From Bryobacterales bacterium (GTDB lineage: Bacteria > Acidobacteriota > Terriglobia > Bryobacterales > Bryobacteraceae), in assembly GCA_963713415.1 (NCBI GenBank), contig CAVQLV010000004.1, positions 945,517 to 1,009,516 on the forward strand: 64,000 bases of DNA, written 5' to 3'. The notes beneath the pieces were generated by a model. That model worked only from the letters and a program-made list of their open reading frames with translations. It did not search any database and had not been told where the DNA came from. Below, one piece after another: positions 27,408 to 37,622 of the stretch. The translations under genes and the position numbers were made by a program. Every line of letters starts with the position of its first letter. Position 1 is the first letter of the stretch.

Positions 27408-28667
27408 ATGCGGTGTTGGTGGCGCCTGTCGAGGGCAATTTGGATTGCGGCGTGGACGGTCGGTAGCATTTGGGCCCAGCAGAAGAACTTGACCTGGGAG
27501 GCAGCTAAAACGGAATTCCTGGCCATCAACCCCACCATGCAAGCCGGCCAGTTGGGCGTCCAGGAATCCCGCGCTGACGAGATCACAGCATTCCTCCGCC
27601 CCAATCCGGACCTCACGGTTGCCGTCGACCAAATCAATCTCTTCACCGGCAACCCGTATCGGCCGTTTGGGCAAGCTCTGACCTTCGTCGCCAGCAGCTA
27701 CCTGATCGAGAGGCGTCATAAGCGCGAGTTGAGACTGGAAAGCGCTAAGGAAGGCACTGCGATCGCAGTATCGCAACTTGCAGATCAGGAACGGAACTTG
27801 CTTTTCAACGTGCGCACCGCGTTCGTGCAGGTGCTGCAGCAAAAAGCAGTGCTGGCGGTGGCGCGGGAGAACCTCAGCTTCTATGACCGCGTGCTGGACG
27901 TCAGCCGCGATCGCTTCAAAGTGGGTGACATCGCCCAGATGGATCTCGACCGTCTGGAATTGCAGCGGGCGCAGTTCGAATCGGACGTGGAAACCGCTGC
28001 AGTAAACCTGCGCACCGGGAAGATTCAACTCCGGGCGTTGCTCAACGATCACACGCCGGTAGATCAACTGGACGTGGCCGGCGCGTTCGAATATGAGGAA
28101 GTTCGCACACAGCTGGAGGAATTCCGCCAGATGGCGTTCGATAACCGGCCCGACTTGCTGGCGGCAGTGCAGTCAGTCACCCAGGCGAATACGAATTACG
28201 CCCTGGCCGTGGCGAACGGCTCTACCGATCCTACCGTCGGTTGGGACTACGGCCGCGAGGCGCCGGACATCCCGTCCTTCGTGGGCATTAGTATGAATAT
28301 CCCACTGCGCATCTTTGACCGGAACCAAGGCGAAAAAGCCCGCACGAAACTTGACATCACCCGCAACGAGCGTCTGGTGGACGCAGCCAAGTTGCAGGTC
28401 GTGAACGATGTCGACTCCGCTTACGCCACTCTTCAGAGTGCTTTGATATTGCTGCGGCCCTACAAAAGCAAGTATCTGGAGCAAGCGGTCCGCGTGCGGG
28501 AGTCGGTTACGCTCGCTTACCAACACGGCGGCGCATCCCTGCTGGATTTTCTACAAGCCCAGCAAGATTACCGCGGCATTCAACTCAGCTACCTGAATCT
28601 GGTGGGTTCTTTTCTGAGCGCCGCCGCTCAGCTTAATCTTGCCCTGGGCAAGGAGGTCATCCAATGA
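27408..28667 (+). CDS. czcC: TolC-family outer membrane factor of a heavy-metal RND pump
   Basis: ATG at 27408 (MRCWWRLSRAIWIAAWTVGSIWAQQ is a signal peptide). It has OMF repeats and overlaps the next gene (ATGA). Confidence 0.85.
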   Translation: MRCWWRLSRAIWIAAWTVGSIWAQQKNLTWEAAKTEFLAINPTMQAGQLGVQESRADEITAFLRPNPDLTVAVDQINLFTGNPYRPFGQALTFVASSYLIERRHKRELRLESAKEGTAIAVSQLADQERNLLFNVRTAFVQVLQQKAVLAVARENLSFYDRVLDVSRDRFKVGDIAQMDLDRLELQRAQFESDVETAAVNLRTGKIQLRALLNDHTPVDQLDVAGAFEYEEVRTQLEEFRQMAFDNRPDLLAAVQSVTQANTNYALAVANGSTDPTVGWDYGREAPDIPSFVGISMNIPLRIFDRNQGEKARTKLDITRNERLVDAAKLQVVNDVDSAYATLQSALILLRPYKSKYLEQAVRVRESVTLAYQHGGASLLDFLQAQQDYRGIQLSYLNLVGSFLSAAAQLNLALGKEVIQ

Positions 28668-29959
28668 ACCGGGTTACGATTCTGGCTGGCGCGCAAAATG
28701 CGCGCGGGAGCTCTCGTCATGAGGGAGTAACCTGCCCGCGTAATCCATTTTGCGGCCTTTGGCTTTGGTGCGCTGTCGGCATCGTCCTCAACGTCCTGTT
28801 GCTGACCGCCTGCGCCTCGAGCGCGAAAAGCGATCTCGGGCCAGAAGGGCCGCCGCAGGCGCAAATTGAGCACGCCCCGGGTGCCGACTGGCTAAAGGTT
28901 GACCATCTGGGGGACTTCCCGCTCGCCGTCGCCACGGTGCATACCATCACGCCGGAGTTGAGCGTGACCGGTGTCGTCAGCCCCGATGTCTCCCGCCAGG
29001 TTCCGGTGCCTTCCCTGGCCTCGGGGCGAATTACCGAAATCGATGCCCGGCTTGGCGCGGAAGTGAAGAAGGGCCAGCTCTTGTTCAAGGTCAGGAGCTC
29101 GGATATCGCCGACGCGTATTCCGATTATCAGAAAGCTGTCAAGAACGAGAAGCTTGCTGTCGACAACGAACGCCTAACGAAGATCCAGCACGAGCGCGCC
29201 CATTACCTGTACGATCATGGGGCTATTCCCAAGAGCAACCTCGAAATCGCGGACAACGCCGAGGTCGGGGCTCAGACCGCGCTGGAAGACGCCAAAGTCG
29301 ATACGTCGACCGCTGCTGAGCATCTGCGTCTGCTTGGAACGGACTTGGACCACCCTTCTGGGATTGTCGAAGTTACCGCTCCAGTTTCCGGTGTGATCAC
29401 GGATCAGCAGATTAGCGAAGGAAGCGGCGTGGAGGCGCTGACGGCACCGAATCCTTTCACTATCTCCGATATGTCCCACGTCTGGATCATTTGCGACGTT
29501 TACGAGAACGACCTCTCAAGGGTCCGTCTTAACGAGGCCGCCGATATCCGGCTCAACGCATATCCAGGAAGGGTTTTTCGGGGACGAATCAGCAATATCG
29601 GTGCGATCCTCGACCCAAGTGTCCGCACGGCCAAGGCTCGCATCGACGTGGAAAACCCCGGGGTGATACGGCTTGGCATGTTTGCAACAGCCACGTTGCA
29701 TGATCCGCAGAAGCAGGAAAGTGTCCTCGTACCGGCCTCAGCGATTCTGCACCTCCACGACCGGGATTGGGTTTTTGTCCCGCATCATAGCGATGCGATG
29801 TTCCACCGTGTCGAAGTGCAAGCCGGAGGGATGGTTTCTGGACAGCAGGTGGTCCTGTCAGGAATCCAACCCGGCGACCAAGTGGTCAAGGACGCTCTCA
29901 TGCTGCAAAACACCGGGAACAATAGCCCGGGGGAGCCAGCATCCCCCAAGGAGCAGTAA
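28664..29959 (+). CDS. czcB: RND periplasmic adaptor (membrane fusion protein)
   Basis: HlyD/CzcB-like: SGRITEIDARLGAEVKKGQLLFKVRSSDI, a coiled-coil segment, VTAPVSGVITDQQISEGSGV, and a beta-barrel tail. Start and stop are coupled to both neighbours. Confidence 0.85.
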   Translation: MNRVTILAGAQNARGSSRHEGVTCPRNPFCGLWLWCAVGIVLNVLLLTACASSAKSDLGPEGPPQAQIEHAPGADWLKVDHLGDFPLAVATVHTITPELSVTGVVSPDVSRQVPVPSLASGRITEIDARLGAEVKKGQLLFKVRSSDIADAYSDYQKAVKNEKLAVDNERLTKIQHERAHYLYDHGAIPKSNLEIADNAEVGAQTALEDAKVDTSTAAEHLRLLGTDLDHPSGIVEVTAPVSGVITDQQISEGSGVEALTAPNPFTISDMSHVWIICDVYENDLSRVRLNEAADIRLNAYPGRVFRGRISNIGAILDPSVRTAKARIDVENPGVIRLGMFATATLHDPQKQESVLVPASAILHLHDRDWVFVPHHSDAMFHRVEVQAGGMVSGQQVVLSGIQPGDQVVKDALMLQNTGNNSPGEPASPKEQ

Positions 29960-32900
29960 TGATCCGCGCGCTCGTCAATTTCGCACTCAATAACCGCCTG
30001 CTGATCCTGGCGGCGGCTGCTGCGCTAATGGTCTGGGGCATTGTCTCTTTTCACAACTTGCCTGTCCAGGCCTACCCCGACATCGCCAACAATTATGTCG
30101 AGATCATTACGCAGTGGCCCGGACGGGCGGCCGAAGAAGTGGAGCAGCAGGTCACCATTCCCATCGAAATCGCGGTCAACGGAATCCCCCACCTTCAGCA
30201 CCTGCGCTCCTTCTCGCTCTTCGGCCTTTCCAATCTAGTTCTTATCTTCGACGACGACTCCGTTAACGACTGGAACCGGCAGAAGGTGGTTGAGCGGCTT
30301 ACACAAGCCGAGCTCCCTGACGGCCTGGCGCCGGAGATCGGAACGGACTACTCGCCAATCGGCGAGATCTACAATTACACGATCGAGAGCACAAATCCGC
30401 AATACGACCTGATGGAGGCGAAATCGCTCAACGATTGGGTGCTCCCGAAGTATTTCTTGTCGGTGCCGAACGTGGTCGACGTATCGGGCTTCGGTGGGCT
30501 CACAAAGGAATATCAGGTGCGCGTCGACCCGGATAAGCTTATCTCCTACGGCTTGAGCTTGAGCCAGGTGGAACAGCAGTTAGCCGGAAACAACGACAAC
30601 AACGGCGGGAGCTTCGTGGAAGCCGGCCTTCAGCAGGTCAACGTGCGCATGGTCGGTCTGGTCCGCACTGTGGACGACATCCGCAGAACCGTGATCAAAA
30701 CACAAAATGGGACGCCGCTCCGGATCGAGGACATTGCCACCGTTGAGCAAGGTGAAAAGATCCGGCTTGGCCGGATTGGAAAAGCAATTCACCGGGCAGA
30801 CGGCAAGATCATCGACGACGACGACGTGGTGGAAGGCACCGTGTTTCTGCGTAAGGGCGCCAACGCAGAAGCAACACTTCAAGGGATACACAAGAAGGTC
30901 GCGGAACTCAACGATCACATTTTGCCGCCGGGCGTGAAGATTGTGCCGTGGCTGGACCGAAGCGATCTGTCCCGCTACACCACCAATACCGTGCTGGGCA
31001 ACCTGACCAAGGGCTTTGTGTTGGTGGCCATTGTGCTGCTTATCTTCTTGGGAAGCGCGCGTAGCGCGCTCATCGTCGCTCTAACCATTCCGTTTGCATT
31101 GCTGTTCGCGTGCATCTTCCTGAATCTTAGAAATATTCCCGCCAATCTCCTGTCCCTGGGTGCTCTGGACTTCGGAATGGTGGTGGACGGCGCGGTGGTT
31201 ATGGTCGAAAATATCGTTCGCCACTTGGGCCGGGACGAATCGGGGGTGCCAATTCCCGATCGAATTCGCACAGCCGCGCACGAAGTACAACGGCCGGTGT
31301 TTTATGCCATCGCGATCATCATTACGGCCTACCTGCCCATTTTCACCCTGCGACAGGTGGAGGGCCGACTCTTCCGGCCGATGGCCTGGACGGTGGGCTT
31401 CGCACTACTGGGCGCCCTGGTCTTTTCCATCCTCATTGCGCCAGCCCTGTCCAGCCTTCTGTTCCGGAAAGAGATTGACGCGTGGGAAAACCCGGTGCTT
31501 CGTCTTCTCACCCGAGAGTATCGGCGGGCACTGATCTGGACGGTTCGGCATCGTTGGGTGATGGTCGGAGTCGCTCTCATCGCCGTGTGTTCCAGCTTTT
31601 ATCTGTTGTCTGGCGATCGAATTGGCCGGGAGTTCCTGCCGCACCTGAACGAGGGCGCAATCTATGTGCGTGGCACTGCGGCTCCCAGCATCGGGCCGAG
31701 CGAAGGAACCGAGGTGATGAACCAGGCGCGGCTTATGTTCGCCGCCTTCCCCGAGGTCACCCAAGTGGTTTCCCAAGTGGGTCGTCCCGACGACGGCACG
31801 GATACCACCCTGTTTAACAACACCGAATACTTTGTCGGTATTAAGCCCAAAGAGCAATGGCGCCCAGTGTTCCGCCAAGACAAGGAAAGACTGATCGCCG
31901 CCATGAACCGCGAGCTGGAAAAAATCCACGGGGTTCTCTGGAGTTTCACACAGCCGATTGCGGACGATGTGGATGAGGCGGTGAGCGGGGTGAAAGGGCA
32001 ACTGGCCGTCAAGATCTACGGCGATGATCTGAAAACTCTCGAACAGAAGGGCGACGAGGTGATCGAAGCAATGCGCACCGTGCCGGGCATTGCGGACCTG
32101 GGAATGTTCCGTGCCCTGGGGCAGCCGAACCTGAACATAACCGTGGACCGCGATGCCGCAGGTCGCTTTCAGATTAATGTCGCAGATGTGGAGGACGCGG
32201 TCCTGACGGCTGTGGGAGGGAATGCCGTCGGAGAGGTGCTACAGGGTGAGCAGCGGTTCGACTTGGTAGTGCGCTATCCCGCCCGGTACCGCGGAACGAA
32301 AGAGGCCATCGGTGCTATCCGCCTCCTGTCCCCCTCCGGCGAGCGTGTATCGCTGGCGCAGCTCTGCAACATCAAAGTGGTGGATGGCGCCTCTGAGCTC
32401 TACCGCGAGGCCAACTCGCGTTACGTCGCCATCATCTACAGAGTGCGCGGGCGCAACCTGGGCGGCACCGTGGAGGAGGCAATCAGCAAGGTCGCCAAAC
32501 AGGTAAAGCTGCCCCCGCGTTACCACATCGAATGGGCAGGCGAGTACGAGAGTGAAAAACGCGCGGAGAGGCGGCTGCTCCTCATCGTACCTTCTACGAT
32601 TTTTCTGATTTTCTTGATCATCTATGCTGCTTTCGGCTCCGCCAAATGGGCGTGCCTGCATCTGGTGAATGTGGCCGTGGCGCGCGTAGGCGGCCTGCTG
32701 GCCCTGTACATTACCGGGACGTATTTCAGCATATCTTCGGGCGTGGGCTTCCTGGCTTTGTTCGGCGCTTCGGTTCAGACCGGTGTAATTATGGTCGACT
32801 TTATCAACCAGCTTCGCGCGCGAGGTCTCTCCGTGGAAGAAGCCGCTATTGAAGGCGCCGTACGCAGGCTGCGGCCGATCATGATGACTATGCTGGTGGC

Positions 32901-33078
32901 GACTCTCGGCCTACTCCCCGCGGCCATGTCCCATGCCATCGGATCGGATTCGCAACGACCGTTTGCCATTGTGATCGTGGGCGGATTGCTGGTGGACTTG
33001 ATCATGAGCATTTTCCTTTTACCCACGTTCTACGTTTGGTGGGCACGGCCTACCGATCGTCTGCCGTCACCGGCCTAA
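29959..33078 (+). CDS. czcA: CzcA-type heavy-metal efflux RND permease
   Basis: 1039 aa, 12-TM RND architecture. TM4 reads LDFGMVVDGAVVMVEN, i.e. the DFG-X3-DGA-X3-VEN signature that I recall as diagnostic of divalent-cation (Co/Zn/Cd/Ni) HME pumps rather than Cus-type. Confidence 0.9.
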   Translation: MIRALVNFALNNRLLILAAAAALMVWGIVSFHNLPVQAYPDIANNYVEIITQWPGRAAEEVEQQVTIPIEIAVNGIPHLQHLRSFSLFGLSNLVLIFDDDSVNDWNRQKVVERLTQAELPDGLAPEIGTDYSPIGEIYNYTIESTNPQYDLMEAKSLNDWVLPKYFLSVPNVVDVSGFGGLTKEYQVRVDPDKLISYGLSLSQVEQQLAGNNDNNGGSFVEAGLQQVNVRMVGLVRTVDDIRRTVIKTQNGTPLRIEDIATVEQGEKIRLGRIGKAIHRADGKIIDDDDVVEGTVFLRKGANAEATLQGIHKKVAELNDHILPPGVKIVPWLDRSDLSRYTTNTVLGNLTKGFVLVAIVLLIFLGSARSALIVALTIPFALLFACIFLNLRNIPANLLSLGALDFGMVVDGAVVMVENIVRHLGRDESGVPIPDRIRTAAHEVQRPVFYAIAIIITAYLPIFTLRQVEGRLFRPMAWTVGFALLGALVFSILIAPALSSLLFRKEIDAWENPVLRLLTREYRRALIWTVRHRWVMVGVALIAVCSSFYLLSGDRIGREFLPHLNEGAIYVRGTAAPSIGPSEGTEVMNQARLMFAAFPEVTQVVSQVGRPDDGTDTTLFNNTEYFVGIKPKEQWRPVFRQDKERLIAAMNRELEKIHGVLWSFTQPIADDVDEAVSGVKGQLAVKIYGDDLKTLEQKGDEVIEAMRTVPGIADLGMFRALGQPNLNITVDRDAAGRFQINVADVEDAVLTAVGGNAVGEVLQGEQRFDLVVRYPARYRGTKEAIGAIRLLSPSGERVSLAQLCNIKVVDGASELYREANSRYVAIIYRVRGRNLGGTVEEAISKVAKQVKLPPRYHIEWAGEYESEKRAERRLLLIVPSTIFLIFLIIYAAFGSAKWACLHLVNVAVARVGGLLALYITGTYFSISSGVGFLALFGASVQTGVIMVDFINQLRARGLSVEEAAIEGAVRRLRPIMMTMLVATLGLLPAAMSHAIGSDSQRPFAIVIVGGLLVDLIMSIFLLPTFYVWWARPTDRLPSPA

Positions 33079-34622
33079 GGTTCCTAAGAGGATTTGCGCT
33101 AGTCCCTAGGCTGAGAAAAGCGTTTAAGACAATAGTAGCCGTTCCGCTGAAAAAACATCGACCGGCACATTGACCGTGCGCATACTGGCGCTCGTCTACA
33201 AACGTGAAGGCGGCGCTCGATTTGCGATCAGCCGTCAATGACTCCGCTTGGGAAGAAGTTCTGGTCTATCTCCTTGTTGAGTGAAGGCGTTCTCGACTGT
33301 ATCGGACGCCCGGCGGGTCGCATGGCTTGGACCGTGTTCACAGCATGTTTGTCATAAGAAGATGGCCAGATGGGGTCTACCAGGCCTGTAACGGACCGTG
33401 TTTTGCATCGCCCGCTCTTCCGTTTTCTACTTGCGCGTTCCGATTCACTTTCGCTTGCGCTGGAACAGCGCCTTTATGCGGAGGAAAACAAGGTTGTAAC
33501 GCAACGTTATCGAAACTTTTAAAATAGGAGCCGCCGTCCAGAAGGAACAGGGCGAAAGCTGGTGCTTTTCAATCTTTCGCGTCTCTCGATCTTTCCATCG
33601 ATCGAGAGGCCCAGGCGTAGCCACCAATCCGGCCAAGCTGCCGCCCACGGACATGTTCTCTTTTTCGTCAGATGGAATCGAACGCAAGCGATGTTGCACC
33701 TCTTAGCTCAAGGCAATCCTAGTGACGTGGGGCTGGTGCAGGAAGCAATCCTAACGTTGTTTGACCATATTCAAGCGCAGCGGTTTCGTGATGGTCGTGC
33801 ATCGCTTTTAACACCTCTATCTAGCGGCATGGCAACATTGATGGCAATGGGCGGCGGCGAAAAAGTCTCGGATTCGGAGCTTCGGCGCCCTTTCGAACTG
33901 ATATTTGGCAAATTCTAGAATCTCGCCAGACCCGGCATTCTGTATCTCCAATGGGATCTTGAACGTTCCAACAATACAAGGCAAAGCGAACCGTGTTCTT
34001 CTTCGTGGGTTCGCCGTTCCGGAACAGCGACCTTGCTGTCATTAATCCGGGAGAATGGCGGCCATGGCACGGCGACGAATGTCAGCGCCATATCCGCAGC
34101 CAGCCCTGAGTTCTCGTCGCGTCTTAGCTGAATCCGGTAAGGTCTCAATTATGCGTTGCTGAAAATCTTCATCTGGCGTGATGATTCTTCCCGTTTCGTC
34201 GCCCCAAACAAAAACGGCCTTGCTCCCCAGAGGCCTCCGTGGTGGTCTTTTGAATCAACGTTTCCTTGAGTTCAGCTTTTTATAAGTCAGGCGCTCCGCC
34301 TCTGACTTAACGCTCAAACAATACTGTGGAAGGTCTCGGGAAAGGCTCCTATGCGGCCTCCGTTTTTGTGTGGAACTACGTCTTGGCGAGCAGAACCACC
34401 GTTCACTGCCACGCATATTGGCTGCTCCGACGCGTGATCGCACAATCGCCCGATGAGCGGGAAGCTACCACACGTAATTCACAACACCCGAAGCAGCGAT
34501 TTCACCCCAAAAAATTAAGTCGTTCGGGGTCGAGATTCAATCAACACGACGGTTGTGTCTGTGAAATCAACGGTTGGGACAGAGCTGGCTGTGCACCCCC
34601 CTTATCTAAAGGACATTTGCGA

Positions 34623-34766
34623 ATGAAGAGAACCATCGCCCTCATTGTAGGGGTCCATTTGTTGGCGTTAGTGGCTGGTGCGGCGGATGTACCGCGGCTT
34701 GAAAACTTCCTGGACTACACCTATATGCGTACTGACCTCGGACGGAAATGCCCGGATCTCCGTTGA
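34623..34766 (+). pseudogene. 5' fragment of an outer-membrane beta-barrel protein gene, cut by IS256
   Basis: MKRTIALIVGVHLLALVAGAADVPRLENFLDYTYMRTD is a signal peptide plus a typical first strand (xYSYxRxD type). The frame ends at the IS256 left end. Confidence 0.4.
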
Positions 34767-36170
34767 AACTAGCGGCTCCCGTGCAACCCACTCTACGACG
34801 CCTTTCTTTTTTTGACAACCTCCGATTTCGACGGTGCCAGCGCTTCTAATTCTCTGATGAGCGCCGGAATCTGTTTGTGTCCGGTGACCTTGCGGAACTG
34901 TTTTTGTGCAACCAGGAGTCCCGACCCGACCCAGCGCTCTCGCTGGTCGCCGCCATGCCAGCGTTTCACATTTTTGCAAACCTGCTCCACGATCGAGAAC
35001 GCCGATTCGATCACGTTGGTGCTGGCCAACGTTTTTCGCAGTTGCATGGGGACGTGAAGCCGGTGCACGGTCAGGGTCTCCTCCATTCCTTCGCCCAAGC
35101 TCCGCGCCGCACTGGGATTGAGGTCCATCAGTTCGCGATGGAGTGCGTTCAACGCCTGCTTGGCAGCAGCGTGGTCCTCCAGGGCATAAGCCGCATGGAG
35201 CCTTTTAGCCACCGCCGGTTTGTGTTCGTCGGTCAGATGATCGAGCACATTCCGGCGCTTATGGACCTGGCAGCGCTGGATCGCCGCCGAGTCGCCGGCG
35301 TGCTTTTTTACTGCGGCAGTGAGTGCCTTGCCGCCATCCAGAATATAGAGTCTCGGCTCGGTAAAATCGAGCCCGCGACTGACCAAGTCGCCGAGCAACT
35401 CTCCGACTACGGTGGCGTTTTCGGTGGCGCCTTGCCGAATGCCTAAGATCATTTTCCGCCCGTCCTGGGCGATTCCCAATGCGACCACCATCTGCTGCCC
35501 TTGGAATGGCGTTGCATCAATCAGCAATGCACACAGCCGCGTCTTGTCCAGCCGCCGCTCCATCATATCCTTCAACTTTTCCCGGCTCGCTTCGATAAAG
35601 TGCTCGCTGACGGCGCTCTTCTCCAAGCCGTAGGCTTCCGTGAACTCGCGCACCGCTTGGCCGTATTTCCTCGTGCTCAGGCCGAGCATCAACTTCTCCC
35701 AAACCGTTTCCGTCAGCGGCTCGCCTCGATGGAACAGCTCGTAGCTACCCAGGCGCACTTCCTGGTCATCGGTGCTGCGAACGCGCGGCCGCTTCACTGG
35801 AACCTTCTGCCCCATCACTACGCAATAGCCCCGCTCGCTGCCCCACCGATTGGCCGTCCTTTCCGCTATCCGGTGGCTGCGCTCGCCGACCAGTTCCCGG
35901 ACTTCTTCTTGCATCAGCAGATCCATCAACCGCAACCCGGCTTGACGAATTAATTCGCCCACGCCTTGCCGCAACCAGCCCACCATCTCCGCCATCGGCA
36001 GTACCATCTGCACCGCCGGATTTCCGTCCGCGGCCATTGCCTCGAGCTCCTTCACAGCTCGCTGCGTTTCAATTTGATATGGTTTCTTCATAGCGACTCT
36101 CCTTTTTCTCGCGAAAGAAAATTTGCTCTCAGCCTATCAAGGCTGCGAGCGGGAGTCGCTAATTTCTACG
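34761..36170 (-). mobile_element. IS256-family insertion sequence
   Basis: Imperfect terminal inverted repeats: CGTTGAAACTAGCGGCTCCCG (34761-) pairs with the reverse complement of CGGGAGTCGCTAATTTCTACG (-36170). They enclose a single transposase gene. I could not find a clean 8-9 bp target duplication. Confidence 0.8.
34793..36091 (-). CDS. IS256-family (mutator-type) transposase
   Basis: 432 aa. ...LLIDATPFQGQQMVVALGIAQDGRKMILGIRQGATENATVVGELL..LYILDGGKALTAAV...IQRCQVHKRRNVLDHL...TNVIESAF is the typical DDE mutator-family layout. Confidence 0.9.
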   Translation of the reverse strand: MKKPYQIETQRAVKELEAMAADGNPAVQMVLPMAEMVGWLRQGVGELIRQAGLRLMDLLMQEEVRELVGERSHRIAERTANRWGSERGYCVVMGQKVPVKRPRVRSTDDQEVRLGSYELFHRGEPLTETVWEKLMLGLSTRKYGQAVREFTEAYGLEKSAVSEHFIEASREKLKDMMERRLDKTRLCALLIDATPFQGQQMVVALGIAQDGRKMILGIRQGATENATVVGELLGDLVSRGLDFTEPRLYILDGGKALTAAVKKHAGDSAAIQRCQVHKRRNVLDHLTDEHKPAVAKRLHAAYALEDHAAAKQALNALHRELMDLNPSAARSLGEGMEETLTVHRLHVPMQLRKTLASTNVIESAFSIVEQVCKNVKRWHGGDQRERWVGSGLLVAQKQFRKVTGHKQIPALIRELEALAPSKSEVVKKRKAS

Positions 36171-36212
36171 ATCTACCGGGCATTCCCCCTCGGACCCAAT
36201 CCTACCGCGATC

Positions 36213-37097
36213 ATGCGTACGAATGAACAAGCGCCTAGCGCATCGATATACGTCGTGCCGACGTCAGGATCGATCACGTCTCTTGGCTTACTTGCGCAAA
36301 GCGGATGGACTTTGGACGCGGTCTCCACGGGCGCCACCACTCGGGACCTGCCTCAGCACCCGGATCGCGTGCAAGAAAAGAGCCGCATCCACTGGGATCC
36401 CTTGATCGGCGAGGAATTGCTATACATAGGCGCGAAGAATGCATTCCGCCTCGACCAGAACAAAACGCGCAGCGATCTTGGGGGACCTTTCTTCAACGAT
36501 TGGGGATACATTCTCCAACACATTGACATCGACCAATGGAGCGACGGAGGAAAATGGTTCACAAACAATGTCGGCCACCCATTGGATGGCTCAATTGCCG
36601 CATTCATTTATCGCCGTAATGACGACAATACCCGGAACCTAAGATTGGACCTCCACAATCGCGAGTATCGCAAAGGCATTCTCAAAGCCTTTCTGATAGC
36701 TGCCCTAGTCAGCACTGAGTCTGAGATAGGGCCACTCAGCGAAGCCACTATCGGACACGTAGGCTTAAAGGCAGAGTGGTGGTTGCGCTTGCCAGACGGC
36801 CACTTAGAAGGTCCGGTTCCACAAGACCTCATCGGACTTAATGAGCTGACAAAGAGCCCGTGGTGGGTACGCGGCAACAACGGCACTGGCATGACCGACT
36901 TTATTATGACGCCGTTTGGCGGAGCGGCTGTAATGGTGGGTGAGGATGCGGTGGACAAGTATGTGATCGAAAGACTTGAGCGACACGTTCACAATCGATA
37001 TTTGGTCGCGACGATGCGTTGCTTCATGAATCCAACACGTTCTGCGGGTAACTTCTTCTCCTTCACCACTCCGTGGCACCGTGATAATCGCCCATAA
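36213..37097 (+). CDS. Hypothetical protein, possibly N-terminally truncated by the IS
   Basis: ORF 36123..37097 trimmed to the first ATG outside the IS (36213). No signal peptide. Contains FTNNVGHPLDGS and W-rich motifs. Family not recognised with confidence. Confidence 0.45.
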   Translation: MRTNEQAPSASIYVVPTSGSITSLGLLAQSGWTLDAVSTGATTRDLPQHPDRVQEKSRIHWDPLIGEELLYIGAKNAFRLDQNKTRSDLGGPFFNDWGYILQHIDIDQWSDGGKWFTNNVGHPLDGSIAAFIYRRNDDNTRNLRLDLHNREYRKGILKAFLIAALVSTESEIGPLSEATIGHVGLKAEWWLRLPDGHLEGPVPQDLIGLNELTKSPWWVRGNNGTGMTDFIMTPFGGAAVMVGEDAVDKYVIERLERHVHNRYLVATMRCFMNPTRSAGNFFSFTTPWHRDNRP

Positions 37098-37099
37098 CC

Positions 37100-37578
37100 T
37101 CAGGCTGCGAAATCGTATTTCAGTCCGAACTGCATAGACGATCACCTCGACTCTGACCATTCCGACTCTTGTGAACCGGGACGGCACGTCGCTCAGAGCG
37201 CCGATCAGCGAGGATCTTCACGCGGCCGTGGCAGTGCGCTGGATAGGCAGGAATGGCGACACGGTTCGTAAGGATTGCCTCCGGATGCCCGCAGACTGCG
37301 CTAGTGGTAAGAACGGCGGGAAGCATGCTGGTCGAAAGGCTTTCAGAGCAGGGGAGGAACTACGCGTCCCAATCAACGGTTGGTCCGAAAACTCCCTGCG
37401 AATCGGTCGAGGGACCCTCTCCATCGGGGCCCACTTGGGATGAATTGATGCCGCCGGACGGCCCCGGCTCGAACGCGATTTCCAGCCCGTAAATAAATCG
37501 GCTAATCCCGAGGTGGATTACTGCAGTGTCACCGACAGTAGCTTCTTCGAAAATATATTGAACAAAGGGGAACTGCAA
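37100..37578 (-). pseudogene. Frameshifted 3' part of an outer-membrane beta-barrel protein gene
   Basis: The minus-strand frame ends ...MQFGLKYDFAA* (stop at 37100-37102), a typical barrel C-terminus. Upstream ORF 37360..37578 (..AVIHLGISRFIYGLEIAFEPG..) is strand-like but sits in a different frame and has no signal peptide. Confidence 0.35.
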
Positions 37579-37622
37579 GGACTATATACATAGGAAACGC
37601 AGTAAACTGCCTCAATGTTAGA

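Noticed and set aside
26907-28067. 386-aa minus-strand ORF (and 26948..27652 -)
   Set aside because: It is antisense to the well-supported czcC gene and its relic, with no motifs.
34283-34309. 8-bp stem hairpin TAAGTCAG-N11-CTGACTTA as a Rho-independent terminator
   Set aside because: No U-tract follows the stem on either strand, and no gene ends immediately upstream.
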